DNA of 64,000 bases from Octopus sinensis (lineage: Eukaryota), in NCBI RefSeq assembly GCF_006345805.1, contig NC_043007.1, positions 60,512,001 to 60,576,000 of the forward strand. Direction: 5' to 3'. Positions 10,795 to 24,100 of the stretch are shown here, in pieces. Below the pieces are notes generated by a model. The model ran no database searches, was not told the origin of the DNA, and was given only the letters and a program-made list of their open reading frames with translations. A program made the translations under genes and the position numbers. Positions within the stretch are counted from its first letter, which is position 1. Every line of letters starts with the position of its first letter.

Positions 10795-12098
10795 TCAAGT
10801 TGTCCAGAAAGTTCTGAGCTATTTCAGGATTTGTGTCTAAGCCCTTCATGCAATAATTCTAATCTCAGTATGACTCGGATTTCAGAATTGTTTGCAGTAT
10901 CACCTTAGTTCCATGTTAAAAATCAGCATATATTTTACTCCTTTCAGCCCTAATTCCCATTTGAAATGGATAACCAAACGTTGCATATTCGCCACATAAT
11001 GCTTTTCTTCTTAAAAAAATGGTGAAAATATTGCAGAAATGTATAAAATTATTTGTAGTTTATGGTGAAGATGATGATATTTTGAAGGTAACCATTGCAA
11101 AAAACTTGAATATTACAACTATAGAAGTTGGAAATTTCCAAAAGTTCCATTCATGAATACTTAGTGAAAATTGGGTATGTTTCTCTCTATAATGTTTGGC
11201 TACCTCACAAACTGTCAGAACAAAACTGCATGGACCAGTATTCCATTTGTGATATGCTTCTGAAACACAATGAAAATAAGCCTTTCCTGAAAGAACTGGT
11301 AACTGGAGATGAAAAATGGATTGTTTATATTGTGAGAAAAAGATCTTGGAGATTGTGTGAGGATCCTCAAAAACAGCTTCCAAAGCAGAATATTCATTCA
11401 AAAAAATGTCATGTCTGGTAAGATTTCAAAGGCATTATTTACTATGAACTATTCCTACAAAATGAGATCATCAATTCTTAAGTGTACATATATATCAGGC
11501 TGTCCTGTTTTTTAAGCGCAATAAATTATAAGAAATTTTAAACATACTCTCATCTTTATTCATTAAAGTAATTTCCATTGTTTTCTATGACCTTAATCCA
11601 CCTAGCAGGCAATTTAAATATTCTATCAGCATAAAACTCAGTTACTTTTAAGTCATCTAAGTGGATTTTGACACCATCTAAATCATTAAATGATTTTCCT
11701 TTTGGAGAGTTCTGCAGAGACAAAAACAAATGATAGTCAATTGGTGCAACGTCAGGGGAGTACAGTGGATGAGGCAAGAGATTCCACCCAAGTTCATGTG
11801 ACTTTGTGCAGGTAGCCAAAGACAGATGTGGTTGGGCATTGTCCTAGTGGAACACAACCCCTTTCCTGTTGATGAGCACTGGCCTCAATTCCTTGATCTT
11901 TTGATTCAAATTTGCTAGCTGATGGCAGTACACTTAAGAATTGATGATCTCATTTTGTAGGAATAGTTCATAGTAAATAATGCCTTTGAAATCTTACCAG
12001 ACATGACATTTTTTTGAATGAATATTCTGCTTTGGAAGCTGTTTTTGAGGATCCTCACACAATCTCCAAGATCTTTTTCTCACAATATAAACAATCCA
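10795..12098. mobile_element. Rearranged mariner: N-terminal half on + (10795-11487), C-terminal half and 3' TIR inverted (11495-12098)
   Basis: Plus strand: MDNQTLHIRHIMLFF and LVTGDEKW. Minus strand: HPLYSPDVAPIDYHLFLSLQN. TIR-like TCAAGTTGTCC (10795) and TCAGGCTGTCC (11495) are now in direct orientation. Confidence 0.88.
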
Positions 12099-12221
12099 GA
12101 TGTGTTCAAACATGAGCAACAGCATTTCATTTAACCCTTTTGCAATCGGATTATTTTGTCAAATGTAATGCTTCTTTATTCACATTGGTGTAAAAAAGGT
12201 GTTTCAGTGAAACATGATGAT

Positions 12222-12881
12222 AGGTAGTCCATCAGTGTCCAATGACAACAAAGTCTGTTCTCAGTGATGAGAGTGCATTGTGAATCCAAAGTCCAAAGCT
12301 GGAAGCACACAGGCACCCACAGATGTCATAGCAATAGTCTGTCGACTGGGTTTAGGCAGATGATACTCTGTGACATCTTTCTCTTGCAGCATTGAGACGC
12401 AGTTGCCAGTCCTCTTCATAGGCAGCTGCTGCTCAAGAGGTAAGAGACCTCCACATTGTTCTGTCCAAAATCCACAAGGCCAGCCAAGCACTTGGAAAAC
12501 TGAAAGTGAAAGCCCTCCAGCAGAAAGGAATCAGACTATCAACAAAGCTCAAGATCTACAAGGCTGTATTTGTTTCTGCACTACACTAAGGATATCAAAC
12601 ATGGACCCCATACTGTCAGCACATCAAACAGCTGGAACAGATTCACATATGAGCACTGTGCAGGACCATGGGCATTCACTGGCAGGACAGTGTGACAAAC
12701 CAAGAAGTGCTGGACTGGCCATGTCATCAGAATGATTAACAACCATGTACTCAGACAGCCGTTGTACAGCAAGCTCACACATACAAGGAAGACTTAAACA
12801 GGTACAAAGACACTCTGATAAAAAACCTCAAATAGAGCAGCATTAGCCCATGCAAACTTGAAACCTCTGCAGCAGACAGAA
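12222..12881 (-). mobile_element. 5'-truncated RTE-type LINE with inverted 5' segment
   Basis: Minus 12465-12222 reads DRTMWRSL...CDICG.LC.S.FGL..H (C-terminal zinc finger and tail). Plus 12466-12881 reads KIHKASQALGKL...GIRLSTKLKIYKAV...LETSAADR. Confidence 0.75.
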
Positions 12882-14447
12882 AATATTTTAGGTAAATTAG
12901 AAAATAGAAATATTTTTTTTAAATATGTAGAAATAAATTTAAGACAGTTTACAACTGTCTAGTAATTGTCTTGTGTTCTCTGTCTTAAGATACTCTATCT
13001 TTTATGAAACTTGCATAGTCAAAGTGAAAGTATTTTTTTTAATCTAATGCACTTATTGACAAACTTGTGTAGTTGTCACTTATTTACTGGCAATTCATAA
13101 ATTCCTTTCAAATTGATATTAGTTTGGGGACCAGCAAGGAGAATGTTTTGTGAGGCCTATTATTGTATGTCACACTTGTGGATTATGATTAAGGTCTTTG
13201 AGAAAAATTTTATAAGTAAGAATGATGTTGCTTTGGGACCCTACCTTGAAATGGATGGGATCTCCTCCTCATTAGAAATTCTCAGGGACCCCTCTTGGAT
13301 ATCCAGCCCTCAGACTGATGTACTTGTTGGATCCCCACCCTTTGTAAGTCCTTCTGATGGATGCAGGAATAGTCAAATGATCCAAAGTTTGATATTACTC
13401 TTCTACATCTTGGCAAACATAGCAGTGAGTTGTTCTAAGCTGTTTAAATGAAAATGAACAGATTAGAACTGTATGTCTTGTTTAAACTGTTGTCTTGTTT
13501 CACACTAACACCTGGTCCTTAGGCTCCTTTAATGGAGTCCACTCTGTTGCAAGCATTCAGACCAGGTCCTTGTTTTGAGAATAAAGAGTTGTGGTTTCTT
13601 CCTCCATAGTCATCACTACAATTTCTTTAACTAAACCATAAAAAGGAAATAATTGTAATATATATAAATAAAAAGGTCATATTGTTCTTGACTTCAGCAA
13701 ACTTTTTGACTGTCCATTTCAAAAATCTGCTTTAAAAGATGCTTAACAGAACATTCCCCTAACAAAATGTGCTAATAGAATCCTCTCTAACTTTTATTTT
13801 ACCAATTTAGATATGTGTGGCAAGGCACAGTCATCTCTGTTTTCTTTATTTGCATCAACAATAATTTACTCTACTCTCACACTCCACTCAGTGATCCCAG
13901 CGTTCAGTTTTTGACTAATTCAGTTGTCAAAGGTCACTAAATATTAACAAACTAATCAGGCCTGATCCAAAATGCAACTGGAAACAATTTACTTTTGAGC
14001 CAGAACCTATACTCACCCAAGTCTTCAACCTCTATCTCTCTACAGAGATTTAAAAAATGGATGTATGCAATTGTATGTCTCCATCCTGTAATCAACTTAG
14101 TAATCTCCCATTCAACACATCTAATATGATTGAATCACTTGTAAACTATCCCTTACTACACTACTTTAAATCTCTCTTCCCACCTCACTCTCATTTACAA
14201 CCACCTCAAAGGGTTACATCAATTCAGATCCATAAAAGACCATCCCATATATTTTAATGTAGCCTCTTTCTGTTGAGAACTTCAGCAAAAAAAAAAAAAA
14301 GAGAAAGAAACAATGTTGCCTTTGTTGAATGTGTGAATTTTGCTGTCCTATCTAATTATAATCCTTAAAAGAGTCAATGGTTTACTACTGTTTATATTAA
14401 AATAGTAAATTTCCTTCTGAATTTTGTTTACTTCTTTAGAATACCAA

Positions 14448-14483
14448 ATGGATCTCAGCAAGAAAGCTGTATTAATCCAATGG
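14448..14483 (+). CDS. NUMA1: NuMA-like first coding exon (exon 14440-14483, ATG 14448): MDLSKKAVLIQW
   Basis: Acceptor cttctttag at 14431-14439, donor gtgagt at 14484, phase 0. Ends in the Trp typical of CH/Hook helix 1. Confidence 0.85.
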
Positions 14484-14739
14484 GTGAGTAAGATGTATGA
14501 TTATACTTATTTTAATCCCCATCTAGTGAAAAGTTGTAGTAGCTTAGTAAGAATTCTAGGCTCAATTTTCTTGTATTTCAAATATTCTTCTCTAAATGAC
14601 ACGCGTTTCTGTTTCATATATTCTTCTTAAATACACCATCTTACCTGTTTATCTACTTGGATGAGATATTGAATCGCTAAGCTATACATGGTCATTTTCC
14701 CCAAGCCTCACCCCACATTCCCTTCCCTGTTTTCAGAGT

Positions 14740-16090
14740 TGGCACTATCATTGTAGGCAAGTCTTGTGAAATTGTAGAGATGCTTGAAAGGAGACAGGTT
14801 GATGTATGCTGCATACAAAAGTTGGCACACTGAAAGGTAGATCTAGTGAGATTGCAGAGATGCTTGAAAGGAGATGGGTTGATGTATGCTGCATACAAGA
14901 GGTAAGATGGAGAGGAACTTCAGCTAGGGTCCTCAAAGGCAAGGCACATAGGTATAAAGTCTTCTGGCAAGATAACATGGATGGAGTAAGGGGGTGTAGG
15001 CATACTCCTTGCAGAGAAATGGGTGGATAAGGTCATAGAGGTTGTCAGGGTATGCGATAGAGTGCTTAAGCTCAGGCTAGTCCTGCAGAACAGCACAGCT
15101 ACAATTATCTCTGTCTACGCCCGACAAGCAGGGCTACCAAATGATCAGAAGTCCATTTTTATGATACCCTTCTACAGGTTACTTCAAAGACGAGTGGCAA
15201 TGACCTCATCTTTGTGGCTGGAGATTTTAATGGGCATGTTGGGCGGAAATCCAGTATCTTTACTGGTGTACATGGGGGCCATGGTATTGGTTCCCGGAAC
15301 GATGAGGGAACTAGGTCACTGCAGTTCTGTGATGCATGTAACCTTTTAATCTGCAACACTAACTTCAGGAAGCTAAACAGCCACCTGATAACCTGTCAGT
15401 CAGGGGTCTCTGCTAGCCAGCGGGACGCAGGGTTGCTCTCAAAATACAAATCCCTCCCAGGTAAGGAATGCACCCCCAGCATAGACTAATCATTAGTGAC
15501 TTTTGACTCGAGACCAGGAGGATACTAAGAAGCAGACCAATCCAGTACTCTTCCAGACCTAGAGTAATGTGGTGGTGGAATAATAAGGTAGACAAAGCTA
15601 TCAGAGCAAAGAAACAGGCCTGGAAGGGCGGGGGTAGCAGTGAACTATACCAGATAGCCAAAAGAGAGGCTGGGCGACAGGTATACATAGCTAAGGGCGA
15701 AGCAGAAAGAAGTTTGCCAATGTCCAGCGACATGAGGACCAAAGAACTGAAGTATTCCAGATTGCAAGACAGTGTGTGAGAGGAAATTGTGATATCACAG
15801 GAGAGAAATGTGTCCACATGGATGATGGTGCACTTGCTTTGAATGGTTTGGAAAAGAAAGAGGCTTGGAGGAGCCATTATGAAAGAATGCTGAACATGGA
15901 GAATGAATGGGAGGAGGAGAGCCTGCCAAATGTTGATCCAGTAGAGGAACGAGCTATCCGAATAGACAACACCCTGGTAGATAAAGCAATTAAGGATATG
16001 AAGCCAGAAAAGCCCCTGGCCCATCAGGAATCACTGCTGAGTTGCTTAAAACATCTGGTGGTGTGGGCTATGGCCTAGTCACCCGTATTG
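14740..16090 (+). mobile_element. Decayed RTE LINE, endonuclease to start of RT
   Basis: Remnants VDVCCIQEVRWRG, DKVIEVVRVCDRVLKLRL, AGDFNGHVG, MWWWNNKVDKAI and KAIKDMK, with many frameshifts. About 80 bp is duplicated at its 5' end. Confidence 0.9.
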
Positions 16091-16124
16091 TAAACCAAAA
16101 CAGTCCAAAAAGCAAAATTCATTA

Positions 16125-16665
16125 AAAGAAGCTGATGGTGTGTGTTTGGTGATCTAGCGTAGGTGTGATCCATTTTGATTTCATTAAACCTGGCTCATCA
16201 GTCACGGCCAAAGTATACTGCAGCCAATTGGACCATATGATGCAGAAACTTACAAAAAAACAACTTAGATTAGTCAACAGATCCACTCCTATTTTATTGC
16301 AAGGCAACGTCAGACCACACATTGCAAAAATGACATTGGTGAAACTACAGGAGTTGGAATTGGAAGTTCTCCATCATCTACCATACTCACCTGATCTTGA
16401 CCCCACTAACGACCATCTTCCAGAATTTGGATAACCTTTTGATAGGAAAAAAATTTAATTCCATTGATGCTGTAAAACAGGTCTTCCAAGATTTTATTGA
16501 CTCTAGATTGCCAGACTTTTACAGTTCTGGACTGGACAAGCTACCGCTGAAATGGCAAAAGTATATTGACAATACGGGTGCATGTTTTGATGAATAAAAC
16601 TATTCTTTGTATTTATAAAACATTAGCAAACTTTTTTTTCTTTTCTACAAATTTCATACCTAATA
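16125..16665 (+). mobile_element. Mariner 3' half
   Basis: Remnants ILLQGNVRPH, LHHLPYSPDLDPTNDHL and GLDKLPLKWQKYIDN.G.CFDE. Confidence 0.85.
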
Positions 16666-16730
16666 TATTGTAAAAGGAAATCAGTCTCACATAAGTTATT
16701 AAAGTATTTTCTTTCATTCTTCCTTTCCAG

Positions 16731-16816
16731 TTGAACAAATTAAATCCTCACCTTGTCATAGAATCGCTCTCTGATTTGAGAGAAGGAGAGCAGTTTATTG
16801 CTTTATTGAACAAAAT
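16731..16816 (+). CDS. NUMA1: NuMA-like coding exon 2: LNKLNPHLVIESLSDLREGEQFIALLNK(I)
   Basis: Acceptor tcctttccag, donor gtaagt at 16817, 86 nt, phase 0 to 2. Carries the CH-domain motif I.SL.DL..G..FI.LL. Confidence 0.9.
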
Positions 16817-16841
16817 GTAAGTATATTTTGTTAACAATGAA

Positions 16842-17107
16842 ATGTAGTGGCCTGGATCTGTAAGATCAAGGTAGTGGCCAGGCTCCAAGGCATCGATAAT
16901 GTAGCAGATCTCATGGCCCTCTACCTGGAGGGAAGCGCACTGGCACTGTACTTCAAGATGGATGAGGAAGATCAAGTGGCACTGGAGGGAAGTCTATATG
17001 GAGGGAACATACACCATGTTTGCTAAACTGGGAATGGTCAAGGGGACAGAGGAACAGGTCGATGAGTATGCCATGGAGGTTCAGAGACTGGCTATGCTAT
17101 CTAGTTT
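16842..17107 (+). repeat. 266-bp near-identical duplicate of Gypsy gag segment 17516-17781
   Basis: Offset 674 bp, only two mismatches seen. Confidence 0.92.
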
Positions 17108-20100
17108 GTATTGTATGTTCATGAGATGAGCCAGAAGGAAAGGGCTATGATGTCAATAGTCCTGACCAGAAGAGGAAGAGAGGAAGTGAGAGAAGCAGGA
17201 GCAGGGTCATCCTCTTTTGGCTTGGTGCAGTCACCATGAATGGATGTCAGCAGAGTGAGCTAGCGGGATTGGTAGTAGCAGCTGCTAACATTAGGTGCGA
17301 TGGGTAGAGCACATGTTTTGGACTTAGTATAGTTGGACAGCCAACAAGTAGATGGGTGAACTGTAACTTATTTCCCCACATCACAATTCCCTCATACAGC
17401 AAGTTTTTTTCAGTACGTGTGTATAAATATATTTCTCCATTGTTATTGCCCCCTTCCTTGGCAGCGAAGATAAGGATCACCAGCGATGCTGTCAGACCTT
17501 TCTATAGTGAAGGAGATGTAGTGGCCTGGATCTGTAAGATCAAGGTAGTGGCCAGGCTCCAAGGCATCGATAATGTAGCAGATCTCATGGCCCTCTACCT
17601 GGAGGGAAGCGCACTGGCACTGTACTTCAAGATGGATGAGGAAGATCAAGTGGCACTGGAGGGAAGTCTATATGGAGGGAACATACACCATGTTTGCTAA
17701 GCTGGGAATGGTCAAGGGGACAGAGGAACAGGTCGATGAGTATGCCATGGAGGTTCAGAGACTGGCCATGCTATCTAGTTTTCGCAGAGAGGGTCTCGAA
17801 AAGGCAGCACATCTGGCCTTCATAAATGGCTTTCCTGGTGACATTGGTGCAACTGCTGGGCAACGAGAAAATAGCGATGAGTGAGCTCATCACTCAAGCA
17901 GGTGGAAGGCAGTAGTGATAGCAGCTGCAGAAGCCTGCAACATAGTGCAACAACCAGTAAAGAACGAAGAGGAGAAAACTGCCATGAAGTGACAGTGACC
18001 ATTCATGGGTGGGTGCTTCAAGTGTCAGGGATTGCACATGGCAAGGGACTGCACAGAGATGAAGCCCAGACCCATTTGCTACTGGTACAGGCAGGCTGGG
18101 CATATCACTCAAAATTGCAGCCAGAGAAAAGGCCACAGGGAAGTTGCTGCCTCTCAAACTTCCCCGTGTTCGAGTACAGATGCTTGTGCAGTTGCTGCCC
18201 GTAGTTGAAGTCTTGGTTGGGGAAAAGGCATTCAAAGCCCTTGTAGATATGGGCTGCGTGACATCTCTCATGACCCTAAGGGTGACAACAAAAATGGAAG
18301 GAGACAAGTAGTGTTTGGACCGTCATTGCCAGCAAAATTGGATGTAAGGGTAGCAGTGGTGGGCATAACATTGAGGCTGTGGGCGCTTGTGATTGACCAT
18401 GTGGTAGACAGAATTGATGTGGTAATGGGGTGTCAGTGTTGGTGGAGATATGGTTCCATTTGGTGGTTCAGAGGTTTCATATGCAACATGAGAGGGAGCA
18501 GAGCTCTGTGATGGGTTGTACTGCTTACACCAGTGAGGACAGAGATTTTCAGGTGGTGTTCAATGGTCAGTGGTGGATGGTAGAGTGTTGCTGGAATAGA
18601 GAGCCCTTGATGCCGAAGAACAGGCTGAGCTGCTACCAGCATACCTTGAAAGGACATACCAGGAGTGAGTTTGAAGGAAAGGTAGAGAGGTAGATTAAGG
18701 AGGGTGTCCTTATCCTGTGGAAGGAGGAGGTGGTGAGCAGAGTGCTACTACTAATGACAGCAGTGCAGCTAACAAAGGGCAATGTCAGTCCGGTACTGGA
18801 CTTTTGGGAGATGAATTGCCACATATTGTACCACACGGGTGGTGAAGTGACTGACATCTGCAGTGAGACGTTGCATGAATGGAGACAGATGACAAGGGCA
18901 GTGACGATTGTTGACTTGAAGTCAGCATATTTGCAGCTCCATGTGAGCAAGAAACTGTGATAATATCAGCTGGTGCAATATAAGGGCCAGATGTACTATT
19001 TAACTAGACTGGGTTTCAGGCTAAATTCTGTGCCAAAGATCATGGCGACAGTGCTCAAATCTATCCTGGGAAAGGTGGACAGGATCAGAAGGGCCACCAG
19101 TTCCAATATAGATGACATCTTGGAAGACGAGACTGTAGTGCCTGCCACAGAGGTTATAAGTCATCTAAAGAAGTTCGGGCTAATTGCAAAGTTCCTGGAG
19201 TCAATGGTTAGAAGAGCTGCACTGGGGCTCAAGCTTCAAAGAGATAAAACAGGCCCATTGGTGTTTTGGAAGGGGAATGAGATCCCGGAACTGGGTACCT
19301 GCATCAGCAGGAGAGAACTAGTGGGTCACTACCCAATCACAAGGTGGTTACAAACAGCATGCAGCTACATTTAGACTAGCAGATGGGGCAAACTGGGGAG
19401 ACAAAGTGGGATAGGAGACAATGGCAATGATGTGGGAGATCCTAGAGAGGACCCAGTAAGACCCAGTAAGAAAAAACTAGTATGTGCCCAAATTGGAGAA
19501 TGGGACTGTATGGTGTGATGCTAGCAGCATAGTGAGAGGTGTTTTACTGGAAATCAGAGGTGTCGAAGTGGAGGATGCGGCCTGAATTGGTGCTGAAGTG
19601 GGTAAATCTGACACTGAAATGGGGGCTGCACTCAATCAAAATCTTACTGGATGGGTAGGATCAGTGATCACTAATGAAAAGAGTATTTGAACCAAAGGGG
19701 GTTGCAGAGATGTTAGCAAAGCATTACCTAGGGTTTCTAAGAGAGCTGGCTGCCAAATTTTACTTGATGCTGAAAGGAAGGAGGCAGACATTTTGATCAA
19801 GGTGAAAAGGCCTGGTTGGCAGAGCTGGAAGATCCGAAGCAGGGAATAGCTGCAGTATGTTGGTTAAGTAACTCGGAACTAAGGACACTTCATACCATGC
19901 ATCATATGGTCATGGGTAGGACCCTGCATCTTGCCAGGAGGGTTGACACCAACGTTACTAGACAGAGCATTCAAAAGGTGGTCAGGAACTGTGACAGGTG
20001 TCAATCCAGTAACCCTGCTCTGGGTGTGCATGAGCAGGGAAACATTTCAGTAGAGCACAACTGGAAATAATTGTCAGTGAGTGTGACACACTATTGGCAG

Positions 20101-20885
20101 GGGACATATCTCTCGATGGTTGACTGTGGGCCAGGTTGGATGGCCATTTGGAGAGAAATGAAGACAGACAGTGCAGACAAGATTGCTTGTGTCCTGAACA
20201 AGATATTCCTGGAGCGGGACCCTGTGGATGAATTACTGATAGACAACACACTGCATTTCGTTTGGAGATACTGTAAGAGATACTTGATAAGTGGAGCATG
20301 TGCTGCTTCTTCAGAGTGACATACAGGCTGAGTGGAAATGGGATCATGGAAAGACATCAATGAACGATCAAGATCATGGTGGAGAGGGAGCACATCTCAC
20401 CGCTAGAAGCAGTATTCAGGTGCAATATATCACCCTAGTCAGGACAGGCCAAAGAATCTGGGTCACACAAAGTGATATTCAGATATGAATGGTGGCATCC
20501 AAGTAAGCCATCAGAATGCCCTGCAGAAGAGAGAAGGACTGTCTTCGTGAAGGTGGGAGATGAAGACTGGGTCAAGCCCCGAAGGCATGATGTACATCTC
20601 AGTGGAAAAGAGGAACAGTGATGGCTGTTGATTCCAAAACTAACATTTCTGTGGATGGAATACTGCATCATGTCTTGGATGTTCACAGAATTGTTGCTTC
20701 GCTGGAGGAGAGGAAGAGAACAAAGCTCCCTTCCTACAGAGGTCACAGTGTGGGAGGCGTCCACCCAGGTGGATGGCAGATTTTGACATAGAGCAAAGTA
20801 TGGAGGTGATCTTTGAGATCCAGGAGGTGTGTGGGGATGAGATGAGCCAGAAAGAAAGGGCTATGACATCAACAGTCAAGCCTTT
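17108..20885 (+). mobile_element. Decayed Ty3/Gypsy LTR retrotransposon
   Basis: LTR-derived match between 17121-17160 and 20837-20877, PBS-like TGGCAGCGAAGA at 17459, two zinc knuckles (CFKCQGLHMARDC, CYWYRQAGHITQNC), protease ALVDMGC, RT YYLTRLGF...NIDDIL, RNase H VWCDASS, integrase HHCC (H..HHMVM...CDRC). Confidence 0.88.
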
Positions 20886-21146
20886 GATGACGAGTAATTG
20901 GAGAAAGGGATTCAAAAAGAATGAATGTCTGAGAAGGAGGAGGAATTTGAGAAAGTAAGTGTTTGGAATGAGATAATGGGATAATGCAATTTGGAAAGGA
21001 AACAATGATGAAAGAAAGATCAGAAATGGGTATTAGTGAGGTGGGAATAGGAAAGTAAATGTACACATAGAGAGTACTCAACAAATTAGAGCATATACAT
21101 TTGCAAAGGTAACTGAAGAGGGAAACTGGAAAGATAGGAAAGCACT

Positions 21147-24100
21147 ATCATCATCATCATCATCGTTTAACGTCTGTTCTCCATGCTAGCATGGGTTGGA
21201 CGGTTCGACCAGGGATCTGGGAAGCCAGAAGGCTGCACCAGGCTCCGGTCTTATCTGGCAATGTTTCTACAGCTGAATGCCCTTCCTAACGCCAACCACT
21301 CCGTGAGTGTGGTGGGTGCTTTTTACGTGCCACCTGCACTGGAGCCAGGCAAGGCTGGTATTGGCCACGGTCGGATTGGTGCATTTTACGTGCCACCTGC
21401 ACGGAAGCCAGTCGAGGAGGCACTGGCTTCGGCCACGAATTCGGATGGTGCTTTTTACGTGCCACCGACACGGAAGCCAGTCGAGGCGGCACTGGCATCG
21501 GCCACGATTCGGATAGTGCTTTTTACGTATCTCCAGTCCAGGGGTCCTGGCATCTGCCAGGTGCCAGTCATAGGATTGGTTCAATTTCGATTCCGATTTC
21601 GATTTCACTTGCCCCAACAGGTCTTCACAAGCAAAGGGGGGTAGGCATAGGTGCCTTCACCGGATGAGGTTCGATATCGACTTCGCTTGCCTCAACAGGT
21701 CTTTGTGTGTCCAAGGGAGGAAAGGCATGCATAAGTGGGCTGGACTCACTTGTCCTGCCTGGTCTTTTCACGCACAGCATATTTCCAAAGGTCTCGGTCG
21801 CAGGTCATTTCCTCAGTGAGACCTAAAGTTCGAAGGTCGTGCTTCACCACCTCAGCCCAAGTTTTCCTGGGTCTACCTCTTCCACGGGTTCCCTCCACTG
21901 CTAGGGATTGGCATTTTTTCACACACCTATCTTCATCCATTCTCGCCACATGACCATACCAGCACAATCGTCTCTCTTGCACACCACATCTGATGCTCCT
22001 TAAGTCCAACATTTCTCTCAGGGTACTAACGCTCTGTTGAGCATGCACACTGACATTACACATCCATCGGAGCATACTGGCTTCATTTCTCGCAAGCTTA
22101 CGCATGTCCTCAGCAGTCACGGCCCATGTTTCACTGCCATGTAGCATGGCTGTTCGTACACATGCATCATACAGTCTGCCTTTTACTCTGAGCGAGAGGC
22201 CTTTAGTCACCAGCAGAGGTAAGAGCTCCCTAAACTTTGCCCAGGCTATTCTTACTCTAGCCGTTACACTTTCACCACACCCACCCCCACAACTGACTTG
22301 GTCACCAAGATAACGGAAGCTATCAACTACTTCTAGTTTTTTCCCCTGGAAAGTGACGGAAGTTGTTTTCTGCAGATTTTCAGAGGTTAATGCTCCCGAG
22401 CATCTGCCACATACAAAACTATCTTCCCAGTTAGCCTTCCTTTGACATTGCTGCACCTCTTATGTGTCCATAGCTTACACTGGGTACATCTTATAGAGTT
22501 TCTACCTACACCTTTTCTACAGATCGAGCAGGGCCATCTTCCTGAAGACATTTGTGGATTGTCTACCTTCCTACTTATTAGTACTTTGGTTTTAGCTAGG
22601 TTGACTCTAAGGCCCCTCGATTCTAGACCCTCCTTCCACACCTGGAACTTCTCCTCCAGTTCTGATAGTGACTCAGCAATTATAGCAAGGTCGTCAGCAT
22701 ATAGGAGCTCCCAGGGGCAACCTGTCTTGAATTCCTCCGTAATTGCCTGGAGGACTATGATAAATAGGAGGGGACTGAGTACTGAACCCTGGTGGACCCC
22801 AATCTCTACTTTGAATTCTTCTGTGTACATGTTGCCAACCCTAACCTTACTTACGGCATCCCTGTACATGGCTTGCACAGCTCTCACCAGCCATTCATCT
22901 ATCCCTAGTTTCCTCATTGACCACCAGATAAGGGATCGGAGGACCCTGTCAAAGGCTTTCTCCATGTCAACGAAAGCCAGGTACAGGGGCTTATCTTTGG
23001 CTAGGTATTTCTCCTGCAGCTGTCTCATCAGAAATATGGCATCAGTGCTGCTTTTCCCTGCCATGAAACCAAACTGCATCTCGTCCAAGTTGACTCTCTC
23101 CCTAATCAGTTGGGCTATGACCCTCTCTGTAACCTTCATTACCTGATCCAACAGCTTGATACCTCTGTAATTATTTGTATCTAGGGCATCTCCTTTACCT
23201 TTGTAGCAGTTGACTAGTATGCTGCTACACCAGTCATTGGGTATGACTCCTTCGTGTATCACCTGGTTAACTATACGGGTGACTAGGTTATAGCCGACAC
23301 TGCCAGATATTTTGAGCATCTCTGCAGTAATTCCTGATGGGCCTGGGGCTTTCCCTGTCTTCATGCTTCTAATTGCCTTAACTACCTTGGAACTTTCAAC
23401 TTGGATGGCTGGTCCCTCTGTTGGGTTGACATTTGGCAGACTCTCTTTATCCCATTCATTTTCTTTATTCAGCAACCTTTCATAGTGGCATCTCCAAACC
23501 TCTCTCTTTGCATCCTCATTTAGCGCAAGTGAACCATCATCCATGCGGACACATTTCTCTCCTACCACATCACGATTCTCTTTCACACACTGTCTTGCAA
23601 CACGAAATACCTCAAGTCTTTCATCCTCACGGCGCAGAACATTGGCAAATTTTTTCTTTTCCGCTTCCCCTCTGCCTAAATACACCTGTCTCCTAGCTTC
23701 CCTTCTGGCTGTCTGATACAATTCCCTGCTACCACCGTTCTTCCAGTCCCTCCAAGCCTGTTTCTTTTGTGTAATAGCCCTGTCAACCACCTTGTTCCAC
23801 CACCACATTACTCTGGGTCGAGATGGGACTTTGCTCCATCCACAGATCTGGTCAGTGGCTGTCAGCAGATTGTCCCGTAGAAATCTCCAGTTGTCTTCCA
23901 CATTAAGTGAAGCTATATCCCGTTCTATTTCGTCAAAGGCTTCGAGTAGTATGTCTCTAAATCTCTGTCCATTTGCAGGATCTTTAAGCTTCCAGACCCT
24001 TCTCCTCCAAGCTGGTCTTCTTCTGGGCAACCATTTAGCTCTGATCTTGATGTCGCTAACTACTAATCTATGTTGAGGAGTACATTCTTCGCCTGGAAAG

